DNA from: a virus
IMG/VR virus record: IMGVR_UViG_3300025417_000566
Coordinates: 1 to 64,000 of that record
Length of the DNA: 64,000 nucleotides
Direction: 5' to 3' (one strand)
A model generated the notes under the pieces. It saw only the letters and a program-made list of their open reading frames with translations. It did no database searches and had not been told where the DNA came from. Positions 16,591 to 27,458 of the stretch are shown here, piece after piece. Positions within the stretch are counted from its first letter, which is position 1. The number at the start of each line of letters is the position of its first letter. Made by a program: the position numbers and the translations under genes.

Positions 16591-19500
16591 GTGGCACAGT
16601 ATACCAATACAAAAACCAATTCTGGTGGCTATACGGTTTCTACAACACTGAATACTGACACCAACACAACCACGTATTCTGTAACAACACCTGACGGTCA
16701 AACTGCTACTACTGTTCAAAGTCCATCAGGTGTTGTTAATAATACAGTACTATTTGCACTAAGTGGACAACTAAAGGATCCGGTTACTGGGGGAGGAGTC
16801 CCGCCCTTAAACTATGCAGGAGCACTAACTGATACTGCGGATAGTGTAAAGGCACAGGCTACAGCGGCAGCGGCAGCACCGCCTCCAAATCAACCGCCGG
16901 CTGATCCAAATTCAAACGAAAGTCAAACAGATGATGAGAATGATTTAGGTGATTCTTCAGGAGACGATGACAGTGGAGATGAATCAACTGATCCTACCAA
17001 TGGATCAGCGCCTAGTAACAATAATACTGCAAGTGGCACAGCATTGGTCAATGGGCAAGGTTACAATCCAAATGATGATTTGCCAGGTAGAAGATTACAA
17101 AATCCTTTAGGTGAATATGCAAGTTACACATATCAATTAAGTTTGTATATGGTAACACCTGAAGCATATATGTTATTCGCAAATTCAGGAAGACAAAACA
17201 TTAATTTTCCAGGTATTTACTTAGTTGCTCAAAACGGTGGTATTAACAACACATCACAAGTACAACGTGCACCTGGATTTAAATTTGATTATGGTATTGA
17301 TAATTTAAAAATTACCAATGCAATGTCTACAAAAGACAGCGGAACAAATGTCAACGTTACTGAAATGACATTTCAAGTTATTGAACCATATGGCTTTTCA
17401 TTTGTTAAAAATTTAAAATATGCCGCACAACAAATTGCTAAAACATCAAACACATCAGGACAAAATCCTTCTGACGATCCTACTAAACAATTTTTTATCA
17501 TTGGTATAAGATTTTTTGGTTATGATCAATTTGGCAACATATTAACAGGCAACGAGCAGTTTGGTAATGGTATTTTAGATCCAAATGCTGGTGCATCAGG
17601 TGAATCAGGTGGTTTGTTTACAAAATACTATGATATCAATTTTACAGCAATGACATTTAAGATAGATGGTAAAGCAGTTATATATGATATTACTGCGGCT
17701 GAAACTACAATCTTAGCAGGTGCAAGTGTTAAAAGAGGTATGATCAATCACGACACTAGTGTAACATCAGGCACAGTAGGTGATGCATTAAATCAACTTG
17801 CTAAAATTTTAAATGACAATCAAAAACAATTGCTAGATGCAAAAAAGATAGGTGTAGCAAATAGTTACTCATTCTTATATACGCCATATGGAACTGAAGA
17901 AGATGAAATTGGTGATGGTTCAGCAACCTCACGCATTGCACGTGCTAAACTAGTAAACCCTGCTGACCAAGACAAATATAAATGGCCTGGTAGTGGAGCA
18001 AAGTCAACAACAGAATCTAATGCCGCAACAGAAGTTAAAGCAATTCCAAAAACTAATGCTAGAACATTGACATGGAATGCTGATACGCCTATTCCACAAG
18101 CAGTTGAAGACGTTGTTAAATCAAGTTCATACTTAACAGATGCATTAAAACTTTTATATACCACAAACATTGAAAGTGATCCAAAGAAAGACACGCCTGA
18201 TCAAATTGATGGTACATCAAAAGATCCTATCTCTTGGTTCAACTGTCAACCTTCTATCAATGGTATTAGTTGGGATAGTGTAATCAATGACTGGTCATTT
18301 GATATCTCATACATTATTACTGAATATCAAACTCCAATTACTAACAGCGTGTACGCAAATCCAGCAGTACCATATTATGGCCCTGTAAAAAGATACAAGT
18401 ATTGGTATACTGGACAAAATTCAGAAATTTTGAGTTATTCTCAAACTTTTAATTGCTTGTACTATCAAGCAGTTCAAGATGCCAATGCCGATACTAATAC
18501 ACAAAGTACCAACGGCGGAACTAATCCAAGTAGCGGTACTACAGGTTCTGGTAATGCAGGGGCGGCTCCACAGGGCGGTGCAAAAACAGCAGATAAAAGA
18601 ACAGGACAATCTACATTAGGTAAATTGGGTCCAGGTTTTGAAGCACAAAATAACTACTTAAACAGTTTGTATGATTCTAGTTCTGTAGTAGAAGCCGATT
18701 TAGAAATATTAGGTGATCCTGATTACCTAGTAACTAGTAGTAATGAAACTCTTAATGGTGTATATAGTAAATTCTATGGACAAGATGGCTTTACTATTAA
18801 TGCCAATGGTGGACAAGTTTTTATTGAAATTGATTTTAAGGAAGCAGTAGACTATACTTGGAATGAAGGACAAGTGCAAAACTCTAACGGTACTATTTCT
18901 TCAATGGGTGCAGGCATATTGAACATCAATGAGTCAATTCAATTTTGGCCTTATCCACCCAATATCGCTCAAATTGTTCAAGGACTTAGTTATCAAGTAA
19001 TTACGATTGACAGTTCGTTTAGTAACGGTGCATTTAAACAGCATTTGCATCTAACATTAAATCAATTCCCTGATGCGGCAACACCACAAAACGAATCAGG
19101 AAGAGAAAATCCAGCAACACCACAAACACCAAGTCAAGGACAAGGAGCCGCAGGCCCCAATCCTGGTGCAGGTGGAAGTACTACATCATCTACTGGATTG
19201 GTACAAGACAATCCATCTAATCAAGCGGCCCCTGCAACATTGCTTACAAGTAATGTTCAAGCACCAGATCAACCTACAACACAGTCATCAACTACAGGTA
19301 GTAACTCACGTGATCCTAATGTGATAACAACTGATACAAACACAACAACTACTACAGTTACAGGTGGTACAACAGTAACCGGTGGCGGAGCAACAATAAG
19401 AAGAAGTGATGGTAGCGTAACTACAGTACCAGGCCCAGGAGTAGTAGCAGACGATGACGGAGGCAATGCCCCGCCTAACTTAGGACCAGGAGGACCATAA
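16591..19500 (+). CDS. Baseplate hub-like protein (gp27/GpD position) with disordered termini
   Basis: NPLGEYASYTYQLSL, IEPYG, KRYKYWYTGQN and LEILGDP; sits between the LysM-like gene and gp5. Confidence 0.55.
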   Translation: MAQYTNTKTNSGGYTVSTTLNTDTNTTTYSVTTPDGQTATTVQSPSGVVNNTVLFALSGQLKDPVTGGGVPPLNYAGALTDTADSVKAQATAAAAAPPPNQPPADPNSNESQTDDENDLGDSSGDDDSGDESTDPTNGSAPSNNNTASGTALVNGQGYNPNDDLPGRRLQNPLGEYASYTYQLSLYMVTPEAYMLFANSGRQNINFPGIYLVAQNGGINNTSQVQRAPGFKFDYGIDNLKITNAMSTKDSGTNVNVTEMTFQVIEPYGFSFVKNLKYAAQQIAKTSNTSGQNPSDDPTKQFFIIGIRFFGYDQFGNILTGNEQFGNGILDPNAGASGESGGLFTKYYDINFTAMTFKIDGKAVIYDITAAETTILAGASVKRGMINHDTSVTSGTVGDALNQLAKILNDNQKQLLDAKKIGVANSYSFLYTPYGTEEDEIGDGSATSRIARAKLVNPADQDKYKWPGSGAKSTTESNAATEVKAIPKTNARTLTWNADTPIPQAVEDVVKSSSYLTDALKLLYTTNIESDPKKDTPDQIDGTSKDPISWFNCQPSINGISWDSVINDWSFDISYIITEYQTPITNSVYANPAVPYYGPVKRYKYWYTGQNSEILSYSQTFNCLYYQAVQDANADTNTQSTNGGTNPSSGTTGSGNAGAAPQGGAKTADKRTGQSTLGKLGPGFEAQNNYLNSLYDSSSVVEADLEILGDPDYLVTSSNETLNGVYSKFYGQDGFTINANGGQVFIEIDFKEAVDYTWNEGQVQNSNGTISSMGAGILNINESIQFWPYPPNIAQIVQGLSYQVITIDSSFSNGAFKQHLHLTLNQFPDAATPQNESGRENPATPQTPSQGQGAAGPNPGAGGSTTSSTGLVQDNPSNQAAPATLLTSNVQAPDQPTTQSSTTGSNSRDPNVITTDTNTTTTTVTGGTTVTGGGATIRRSDGSVTTVPGPGVVADDDGGNAPPNLGPGGP

Positions 19501-19501
19501 T

Positions 19502-22500
19502 ATGGCAGAAGACATAATCAGAGCCAAAGGTTCGACAAAAGCAACTAAACCAGATGCAGGCGGTGCGAATCCTCGCAATGTACCTGTACTAGCAATCGTT
19601 AAAGATAACGTAGACCCAACACGTTCAGGTAAACTTAAAGTTTATATTGGTGACAAGGGCGGCCCAGATTCAGACAACTCTAATACTTGGGTTAGTGTAA
19701 ACTACATGACTACCTTCTTTGGTAAAGTAATACCACAAGCAGGCAGTGATGGATACGGAGATTATAAAAACAACCCAAGTTCATATGGTGAATGGCACGC
19801 TCCTCCCGATATTGGTACAACAGTAATTTGTATCTTTATCAATGGTGACCCTAACTATGGATTCTATATTGGATGTGTTCCCGATGCAGATGCACTACAA
19901 ATGGTTCCTGCTATTGGTGCAACTGATAACATTATTCCTAACGAAGGTGAAGCACAAAGTTATGGTGGTGCAGTAAGACTTCCTGTAACTAATATTAACA
20001 CTAACAACGATAAAGTAACAAATAGTCCAGACTTTATCACAGCACCTAAACCAGTTCATAGTTATACTGCAAGTATTATGAATCAACAGGGTGTTATTCG
20101 TGATCCTATTCGTGGGCCTATTTCAAGTAGCGCACAACGTGAGGCTGCAAGTCGTGTGGGTTGGGGTGTAAGCACGCCGGGTAGACCAATCTATTCAGGT
20201 GGTTATAATGATACCAGTGTAGCAAGTAATCTTACTGAAGAACAAGCACAAAAATTAAAAGTAGTTGCACGTAGAGGTGGTCACAGTTTTGTTATGGACG
20301 ACGGTGACGTTATTGGACGTGACCAACTTATCAGAATTAGAACAGCATTGGGTCATCAGATATTAATGAGTGACGATGGTCAAACATTAATGATACTACA
20401 CAGTAATGGACAAAGTTATATTGAGTTGGGTAAAGAAGGTACAATTGATATGTACTCTACTAACTCAGTTAATATTAGAACACAGGGTGACTTAAACTTA
20501 CACGCAGACAATAACATTAATCTTCATGCTGTCAAAGACATGAACTTTAAAGCAACAAACTTTAATGTCAATACAGATCAAAAGATTGCTTTAGGTGCAT
20601 CTACTGATATCCAAATGTCAGCAATTAATAATTTTACTGCCAAAGCAGGCGCCGCAGTTGCATTAGCATCAGGTGGCGATGGATCATTGGCAGCAGGTGG
20701 TGCGGCATATATTAATGGTAGTAAAGTAAATTTAAATTCAGGTTCAGCAAGTACACAACCAGAACAAGTTGCAACAATTCCCGTTCTTGCACAAACTGAT
20801 ACACTATATGATCAATCAACGGGGTTTAGTGCGGCCCCAGGTAAGTTATTATCAATTACTTCACGTGCCCCTGCACACGCACCATGGGCTAACGCAGGTC
20901 AAGGTGTTAACGTACAAACAAACTTAGATGCAAATGCAAACTTACCGCCTACCCCAAGTCCAGCAGTTGCAAGCGCAAATGACGCAGGTGCGTCAACTAA
21001 CCCAACACCAGTGAGCGTAGCAACAGCGGCAAGCGCACCAAACGTTCCTGCTGTATCTGATTCAATGGATCAAGGAACTACAAACGCAGTATTGGGCGCA
21101 CAAGCACAGGCTGCGGCTCAAGGCCCATTAGCGGCAGCAACACAGCAAGGTGCAGCCGTAATTTCAACTGCGGCAGGCAATGTAGCCGCAGTTGGTGCTT
21201 TTGCACAGTCACCAAGTCAACTAGCATCAAGCGGTATTTTAAAACCAGGTTCAGATACTCTTATTAATGGTCTTGTACAATCAGGAGCCAATATTAGTCA
21301 AGCAATGCCTTCAGCATTGTTTGCAGGTGCATCGGGCGCAAAAAATTTACAACAATTAACATCAAGTGTTGGTGCACAAGCAACTAGTGTTGTAACTAAT
21401 ATGCAACAGGCACAAACGGGCTTAACACTAACCGGAGTTATTACAGGAAGAGAATCACCAACACAAGTTGCAGGTCTAGTAAATGCGGCTACAACAGTTG
21501 GATTGCATCAAACAGTTGGTGCAGTACAAAGTATATCAGGTGGTGGAATATCTACTAGAGCATTAACCGGAGCAGTAGGTTCAGTAACAACAGCATTGAC
21601 AGGTTCTAAAGCGTTAGGATCATTAGCAGCCGGAGCAACTGGATTGGTATCAAGTGCTTTGGGATCAGCCGGCGGAGCAATAACTACAATTGGTACTTCT
21701 CAATCAGCATTAGGTGCTATTGGTTCAGGCGCCGCAGCCGCAGGTGTCGCAACACTGGCAGGTGGTGGACTAGGAGGCATTGCCAGTGGATTAAATGCTA
21801 TGGCAGCAGTTCCATCATTAACAGGATTACTAAATCTAACACAAGGTGTTTCTGGTTCAGCATTTAATGCAATTAAGAAACAATTTAAGCCAATGCAGGC
21901 TGGTATACCACAAAATCTAACACAGATTGCCGCAGCCTCAGCAGTATCAAGTGCATTAGTTTCAGGACAAGGCACTGCTGGTAGCTTATTAGCAGGAGTT
22001 GCCGGTGGTGTTGCAGGTGGAATTGCGGGCAGTGCAGTCTATGGATCAGGTTTAATCAATGGGGCAAGTGCATTAGGAGTCAGCAGTATTGTTGGTGGTT
22101 CTGTGGGTAGTTTGGTAAGTGGAGCATTAAACTCAGTATCAGGTTTAACTTCAGCAACATCTATTGCAACAGGATCATTAGGATCAGTTACTAATATCTC
22201 AGGTGCTATTAATAATAGCGTACCAGGTGTGTCTGGACTTGCAACTCAAGTATCAAGTTCATTGGGTTCTATTCCAAATCCATTAAATTCATCATCTGCT
22301 TCAATTGGTGCTATTGGTGGAATTACAGGATTGATTAGCAAAACAACAGGAATTAATCCATCTAACCCTGCTAGTATCTTATCAGTTGCACAAAAAGGTG
22401 TAAATGGTGTCACAGCATTGGGCGGCGCCGGCGCATCATTAGCAACTGGTGGATTGGCACAACTATCGGCATCTGCGTCAATTATTAATTCAGGCGCCGG

Positions 22501-23524
22501 AGCAAGTGCATCATCTGCCCTTGCTAGTGGTATGAGTAATCTGCCCGGTGGAATAGGAATTGCAGGCGCTGTAGTAAACAACGCATCAAATGCTGTTAAC
22601 TCTATTCCGGGTGCAGGTCAATTGTCAGGACTTATTGGTTCTGCACAAACTGCGGCGATGAACGGGTTACCAATGCCAAGTATTCCAGGTGGTTTAGGCT
22701 CACTGTCAAGTCTAGCAAGTACTGGTCTAAGCGTAGGCGATGCGGCATCATTACAATCATCTATTTCAGCATTAAGTTCAGGCACAGCAGGGGCAATTCA
22801 GTTGCCTACATTTGGATTTAACACTACAGATAGATCATCAATAAGCGATCAAATCACCTCAGTATTGGGTGATCCTAGCATTCCCCCACCTGATTTAACA
22901 GGTGAAATATCTACTGAGGCTGTAAATGATATTCAAGCATTAGACAATGCACAACAACAAGCAATTGATATTGAAGATCAACTCAATCAATATCAAGATG
23001 TAATTGATGCGGCAAACACAGCCTACGAAAACGCATTGGCAACATTGCCCGAGGGTGATCCTGGAATTGAAAGCGCAAGACAAGCATGGTTAGCCGCACT
23101 AAGTGATCCTGGATACATAGCGTTGTTGAATCAATATAATGCAGATACAAACGTTGACATTCCCTCTATAGCAGATGCATCACAAACTGCATCTTCTACA
23201 AATTCAAGTGCCAACGAAACAACTATCAATGGATTAATTGCATCAGGAGCATCTAGTGCTAGTGGTTTAACAGGGTCATTAACTTCAAGTCTACCTAGCG
23301 TTAGTTCTCTTAGCAACTTAACTGGCTCAAGTGGAACAAGTTCATTGACATCATTAGTCAACAATCCTGAATCATTGAGTAGTCTAAAATCTACTGCTGG
23401 AACTGCTTTAGGTACCGTAACTGGTCAAAATGCAACTGCATTACAATCATTACAAGGGTCTGTAGCATCAAATACCCAAGAAATTAACAATTCTATCTCA
23501 GGTATTATTGGCCCGGGCGGCTAA
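19502..23524 (+). CDS. gp5: Baseplate central spike (gp5/VgrG-like) with long Gly/Ser/Ala-rich C-terminal extension
   Basis: OB-fold motifs DPTRSGKLKV and PPDIGTTVICIFINGD; beta-helix motifs GHSFVMDDG and GHQILMSD; followed by gp25 and gp6. Confidence 0.8.
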   Translation: MAEDIIRAKGSTKATKPDAGGANPRNVPVLAIVKDNVDPTRSGKLKVYIGDKGGPDSDNSNTWVSVNYMTTFFGKVIPQAGSDGYGDYKNNPSSYGEWHAPPDIGTTVICIFINGDPNYGFYIGCVPDADALQMVPAIGATDNIIPNEGEAQSYGGAVRLPVTNINTNNDKVTNSPDFITAPKPVHSYTASIMNQQGVIRDPIRGPISSSAQREAASRVGWGVSTPGRPIYSGGYNDTSVASNLTEEQAQKLKVVARRGGHSFVMDDGDVIGRDQLIRIRTALGHQILMSDDGQTLMILHSNGQSYIELGKEGTIDMYSTNSVNIRTQGDLNLHADNNINLHAVKDMNFKATNFNVNTDQKIALGASTDIQMSAINNFTAKAGAAVALASGGDGSLAAGGAAYINGSKVNLNSGSASTQPEQVATIPVLAQTDTLYDQSTGFSAAPGKLLSITSRAPAHAPWANAGQGVNVQTNLDANANLPPTPSPAVASANDAGASTNPTPVSVATAASAPNVPAVSDSMDQGTTNAVLGAQAQAAAQGPLAAATQQGAAVISTAAGNVAAVGAFAQSPSQLASSGILKPGSDTLINGLVQSGANISQAMPSALFAGASGAKNLQQLTSSVGAQATSVVTNMQQAQTGLTLTGVITGRESPTQVAGLVNAATTVGLHQTVGAVQSISGGGISTRALTGAVGSVTTALTGSKALGSLAAGATGLVSSALGSAGGAITTIGTSQSALGAIGSGAAAAGVATLAGGGLGGIASGLNAMAAVPSLTGLLNLTQGVSGSAFNAIKKQFKPMQAGIPQNLTQIAAASAVSSALVSGQGTAGSLLAGVAGGVAGGIAGSAVYGSGLINGASALGVSSIVGGSVGSLVSGALNSVSGLTSATSIATGSLGSVTNISGAINNSVPGVSGLATQVSSSLGSIPNPLNSSSASIGAIGGITGLISKTTGINPSNPASILSVAQKGVNGVTALGGAGASLATGGLAQLSASASIINSGAGASASSALASGMSNLPGGIGIAGAVVNNASNAVNSIPGAGQLSGLIGSAQTAAMNGLPMPSIPGGLGSLSSLASTGLSVGDAASLQSSISALSSGTAGAIQLPTFGFNTTDRSSISDQITSVLGDPSIPPPDLTGEISTEAVNDIQALDNAQQQAIDIEDQLNQYQDVIDAANTAYENALATLPEGDPGIESARQAWLAALSDPGYIALLNQYNADTNVDIPSIADASQTASSTNSSANETTINGLIASGASSASGLTGSLTSSLPSVSSLSNLTGSSGTSSLTSLVNNPESLSSLKSTAGTALGTVTGQNATALQSLQGSVASNTQEINNSISGIIGPGG

Positions 23525-23533
23525 AATAAGGAA

Positions 23534-23540
23534 ATAAATA
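23534..23540 (+). promoter_or_regulatory. Late promoter (ATAAATA), 4 nt before gp25 ATG
   Basis: Intergenic TAAATA motif. Confidence 0.55.
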
Positions 23541-23544
23541 CTGT

Positions 23545-24006
23545 ATGGCACAATATATTGGATTTAGTACTATCAACGCTTGTTTACCCCAGACAACTAA
23601 TAATGTATCTGGGTTGGCTGCCCGCAGTTTGGACGGGGGTTTAGGATTACAACAACCAATTAATCCGGGTAAAAAATTTAGATTATTAAATTCAGATTTA
23701 GTCGTAAGAGACTTGATTAATGCTCTTAATATACGTCAAGGAGAAAAAGTAGGCCAACCTAATTATGGTACTACAGTTTGGAGTTTCTTGTTTGATCCTA
23801 ATACATTTGATGTTCAAACTCAACTTCAAAATGAAATTAAACGAGTTGCCTCACAGGATCCTAGAATAATTTTAAATGCTGTTAATGCTTTCCCCCAAGA
23901 AAATGGTATATTAGTTGAAATAGAAATGGCTGTTGCCCCCTTCAATAACCCAGCACTATTGAGTATATTTTTTAATCAAACGACTAGTGCGGCCGCAGTA
24001 GTTTAA
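23545..24006 (+). CDS. gp25: Baseplate wedge / sheath initiator
   Basis: LVVRDLINALNIRQGEK, PNYGT, LFDP and DPRI motifs. Confidence 0.9.
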   Translation: MAQYIGFSTINACLPQTTNNVSGLAARSLDGGLGLQQPINPGKKFRLLNSDLVVRDLINALNIRQGEKVGQPNYGTTVWSFLFDPNTFDVQTQLQNEIKRVASQDPRIILNAVNAFPQENGILVEIEMAVAPFNNPALLSIFFNQTTSAAAVV

Positions 24007-24029
24007 TCAAAAACCGAGTTTTTGATAAT

Positions 24030-24037
24030 GATAAATA
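24030..24037 (+). promoter_or_regulatory. Late promoter (GATAAATA)
   Basis: Intergenic, upstream of gp6. Confidence 0.7.
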
Positions 24038-24055
24038 TATCAAAAGAGAGTATCT

Positions 24056-27000
24056 ATGGCAACAAGTTCACGACAAGCGGCATTATTTGGACTTAATGAT
24101 TGGCAATCATTATACCAAACCTATTCTGCGGCTAATTTTCAAAGTTACGATTATGAAACCCTTCGTAAGAGTTTCATTGATTATCTCCAACTATATTACC
24201 CAGAAACATTCAACGATTACACAGAATCAAGCGAATTTATTGCCTTGCTTGACGTTATGGCTTTTATGGGCCAAGGTCTTGCATTTAGAAATGACTTAAA
24301 CAGCCGTGAAAACTTTATTGATACCGCAGAACGTAGAGATAGCGTTATCAAACTTGCCAATTTAGTTAGTTATACTCCAAAACGTAACATTGCTGGACAA
24401 GGATTTATCAAGGTAACTAGCGTATCAACTACACAAAATATCCAAGACATCAATGGATTAAACTTAAGTAATCTACAAATTCTATGGAATGACCCTGCTA
24501 ATCCAAACTGGCTAGAACAATTCAATACAATCATCAATGCCGCATTGATCACTTCACAGCGAATTGGTAAACCAGGTAACTCTCAAGACATTTTAGGTAT
24601 TACAACAAGTGAGTATGCAATTCAAATTCCTGCTACATCACTACCAGTAGTTCCATTTAACGCAACTGTTGACAATCAAAATATGAATTTTGAATTAGTC
24701 AGCGCAAGTAGTGTTGGGGAAGACTATGTATATGAAGTTCCCCCTGCACCAAGTGGTAAGTTCAATATACTATATCGCAACGACCAATTAGGTTTTGGTA
24801 GCCCTAACACAGGATTCTTTTTCTATTTTGTACAGGGCAGTTTACAAAACTACGATTTCACATTACAACAGCAAATTTCTAATCAAAATATTGCAATTGG
24901 TAATATTCAAGGTGTCAACAATAGTGATACTTGGTTATATCAATTAAATAGCGATGGAACTAGAACTCCTTGGGTTCAAGTAGACAACGTATATGCAAAT
25001 GCACAACTGCAAACAGAATTCTCTAACAAAGATATTTTTTCTGTAACTTCAGGTTTCAATGATACTGTTACATACATCTTTGGTGATGGTGTGTTCTCTG
25101 CTATCCCAGTAGGAAACTTTAGAGCATATGTTCGTTCAGGTAACGCATTAACATATGTAATTCAACCTAGCGAAATGAACGGAATCAGCGTTTCATTCAC
25201 ATATCTTGACCAAACAGGTCGCGCCCAAACAATTACATTTGGCTTGACATTAACACAAACAGTAAGTACAGCGCAAGCAAGAGAAACACTTGCAAGTATT
25301 AAACAACGTGCCCCAACACGCTACTATACACAAAATCGTATGGTCAATGGTCAAGACTATAATGACTTCCCGTACTCACTGTATAGTTCAATCATTAAAA
25401 GTAAGGCTATTAATCGCAGTAGCATTGGTGCTTCAAAAAGTTTAGATTTGCTTGATCCAACAGGTAAATTCTCAAGCATTAATTGTTTTGGGGATGACGG
25501 TGCTTTATATCAAGACACTACCCCTGGTTTTTATACACTTACAATTAATAGTACCAGTGATATTATCAATTTCTTTACTGGCGCACTATCAGCAGTATTG
25601 GCAGCAAACAGAGCAACTCAATACTATATTCAAAACTATCCTCGATATGCAATTAATTCATCTACAGTAACTGGCGCACCAGTATACTGGAGTACAGCAC
25701 AAGTTAATGCAAGCACAGAATCAGGTTATTTTTATGAAATTAGTGGTGCATTACAAATTCCACAACCAATTGGCATCTATGCTTCAAGTAATTTGAAGTA
25801 TTTGTCACCAGGTGCAGTATTACAATTTACTGCTCCTAATGGATATTACTTTGACAGCAACAATAGACTACATGCTGGTATTGGTGGTGCAGGTACAACT
25901 ACTACGATTTGGTCAACAATTACTAACGTTATTGGTGACGGTAGTAACAGTGGTACTGGTAACTTTAGTAACGGCACTGGTCCCGTAACACTTAGTGGGT
26001 ATGTTCCTGATGGCGTTACATTAACACAAGTTATTCCAGCATTCAGCAATGCGGTGCCAACAACTGTTATTCAAGAGTGTGTGGTTCTTATGGAACTACA
26101 ACAGAATTTTAGTTTAGTATTTGATAATTCAATTGCTATCAATCAACAACGTTGGTTTATTGAAGCATATGATTACCCAAACAGTTTTGTTCAATTCCAA
26201 AGCATGGGTAACAACATTTACAGTATTACATATCAAGCATTAACATATTATTTTGGTAGTGTTGCAAGTACACGTTTTGCATTTAACCCTAACCAAGTTG
26301 TGTTTGATCCATACTCAGGTAAAGTGTTACAAGATTTTATTAACATTTTACAAGTTAACTCACAACCAGATTCAAGTCAGCCTTTAGGCAATGATGTTGT
26401 AGTTAATATTCTTGGTCAAACTGTACAAAGCGATGGTTATGTAGATGACTTCCAAGTTGAAGTTGCGGCAACCAGTGTGGATAACAATCAATTAGTATTA
26501 AGCCCTGACTTCTTTAGTGAAGTCACAGGTTATGTAAACGGTGGAACAAACATTGGTGTATATGTGTTCTTTCAAATCGTAACCGATCCATTAAACTTAC
26601 AACAAAATTATATTATTCCTACAAGTAGTGTTTGCTATACATATCCTACAATCACACAGATTGAAGTAAACAAATATCAATATCCTGTTGGTCAGTTATT
26701 CTTTGCTTATAGCGAAACCAATGCACAAGGTGGTACAGGTAATTTCTATGTTTCTGTTCAAGAACCAAATGTAATAACACCATCATATACAATGGTATTG
26801 CAATCAGATTATACTTGGAAAGCAGGTCGTCAAGGTCTTGCATTCCAATATCGTCACAACAGTAACAACACAACTAGAATTGATCCAGTGACAACTAACA
26901 TCATTGATTTGTATGTTGTAACTCAATCATATTATACTGCTTACACACAATGGGTAACTGATATTACTAACACAGTACCATATCCTTCAATGCCAACCAT

Positions 27001-27457
27001 AAATGATTTAACACAAGAATATGGAAAACTAGACGATTATAAAATGTTGAGTGATGCATTGATATTAAATAGTGTAGTGTTCAAACCTTTGTTTGGACCT
27101 AAGGCAAATAGTGCGTTGCAAGCAACTATTAAAGTTGTTGCAAATTCAACCACTAATGCAAGTGATAGTGAAATTAGAAGTGCTGTTTTAACTGCTATGA
27201 ATAATTATTTTGATATTAACAATTGGAATTTTGGTGACACATTCTACTTTAGTGAATTGGCATCATATCTTCATAATGAATGCGGCGATTTAATTAGTTC
27301 TGCTGTATTGGTACCAAATGATCCAAGTCAGCCGTTTGGAACATTATATGAAATCAAATGTTTACCTTATGAAATTTTCGTAAATGCGGCTGTACCTGAT
27401 ACAGTGGTAGTGATACCAGCAAATACCCCTGCACAACTTCAGGTAGGATACTTATAA
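24056..27457 (+). CDS. gp6: Baseplate wedge subunit
   Basis: DYETLRKS, ENFIDTAERRDSV, FGDGVFS and ETLASIKQRAP...TQNRMV. Confidence 0.88.
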   Translation: MATSSRQAALFGLNDWQSLYQTYSAANFQSYDYETLRKSFIDYLQLYYPETFNDYTESSEFIALLDVMAFMGQGLAFRNDLNSRENFIDTAERRDSVIKLANLVSYTPKRNIAGQGFIKVTSVSTTQNIQDINGLNLSNLQILWNDPANPNWLEQFNTIINAALITSQRIGKPGNSQDILGITTSEYAIQIPATSLPVVPFNATVDNQNMNFELVSASSVGEDYVYEVPPAPSGKFNILYRNDQLGFGSPNTGFFFYFVQGSLQNYDFTLQQQISNQNIAIGNIQGVNNSDTWLYQLNSDGTRTPWVQVDNVYANAQLQTEFSNKDIFSVTSGFNDTVTYIFGDGVFSAIPVGNFRAYVRSGNALTYVIQPSEMNGISVSFTYLDQTGRAQTITFGLTLTQTVSTAQARETLASIKQRAPTRYYTQNRMVNGQDYNDFPYSLYSSIIKSKAINRSSIGASKSLDLLDPTGKFSSINCFGDDGALYQDTTPGFYTLTINSTSDIINFFTGALSAVLAANRATQYYIQNYPRYAINSSTVTGAPVYWSTAQVNASTESGYFYEISGALQIPQPIGIYASSNLKYLSPGAVLQFTAPNGYYFDSNNRLHAGIGGAGTTTTIWSTITNVIGDGSNSGTGNFSNGTGPVTLSGYVPDGVTLTQVIPAFSNAVPTTVIQECVVLMELQQNFSLVFDNSIAINQQRWFIEAYDYPNSFVQFQSMGNNIYSITYQALTYYFGSVASTRFAFNPNQVVFDPYSGKVLQDFINILQVNSQPDSSQPLGNDVVVNILGQTVQSDGYVDDFQVEVAATSVDNNQLVLSPDFFSEVTGYVNGGTNIGVYVFFQIVTDPLNLQQNYIIPTSSVCYTYPTITQIEVNKYQYPVGQLFFAYSETNAQGGTGNFYVSVQEPNVITPSYTMVLQSDYTWKAGRQGLAFQYRHNSNNTTRIDPVTTNIIDLYVVTQSYYTAYTQWVTDITNTVPYPSMPTINDLTQEYGKLDDYKMLSDALILNSVVFKPLFGPKANSALQATIKVVANSTTNASDSEIRSAVLTAMNNYFDINNWNFGDTFYFSELASYLHNECGDLISSAVLVPNDPSQPFGTLYEIKCLPYEIFVNAAVPDTVVVIPANTPAQLQVGYL

Positions 27458-27458
27458 A

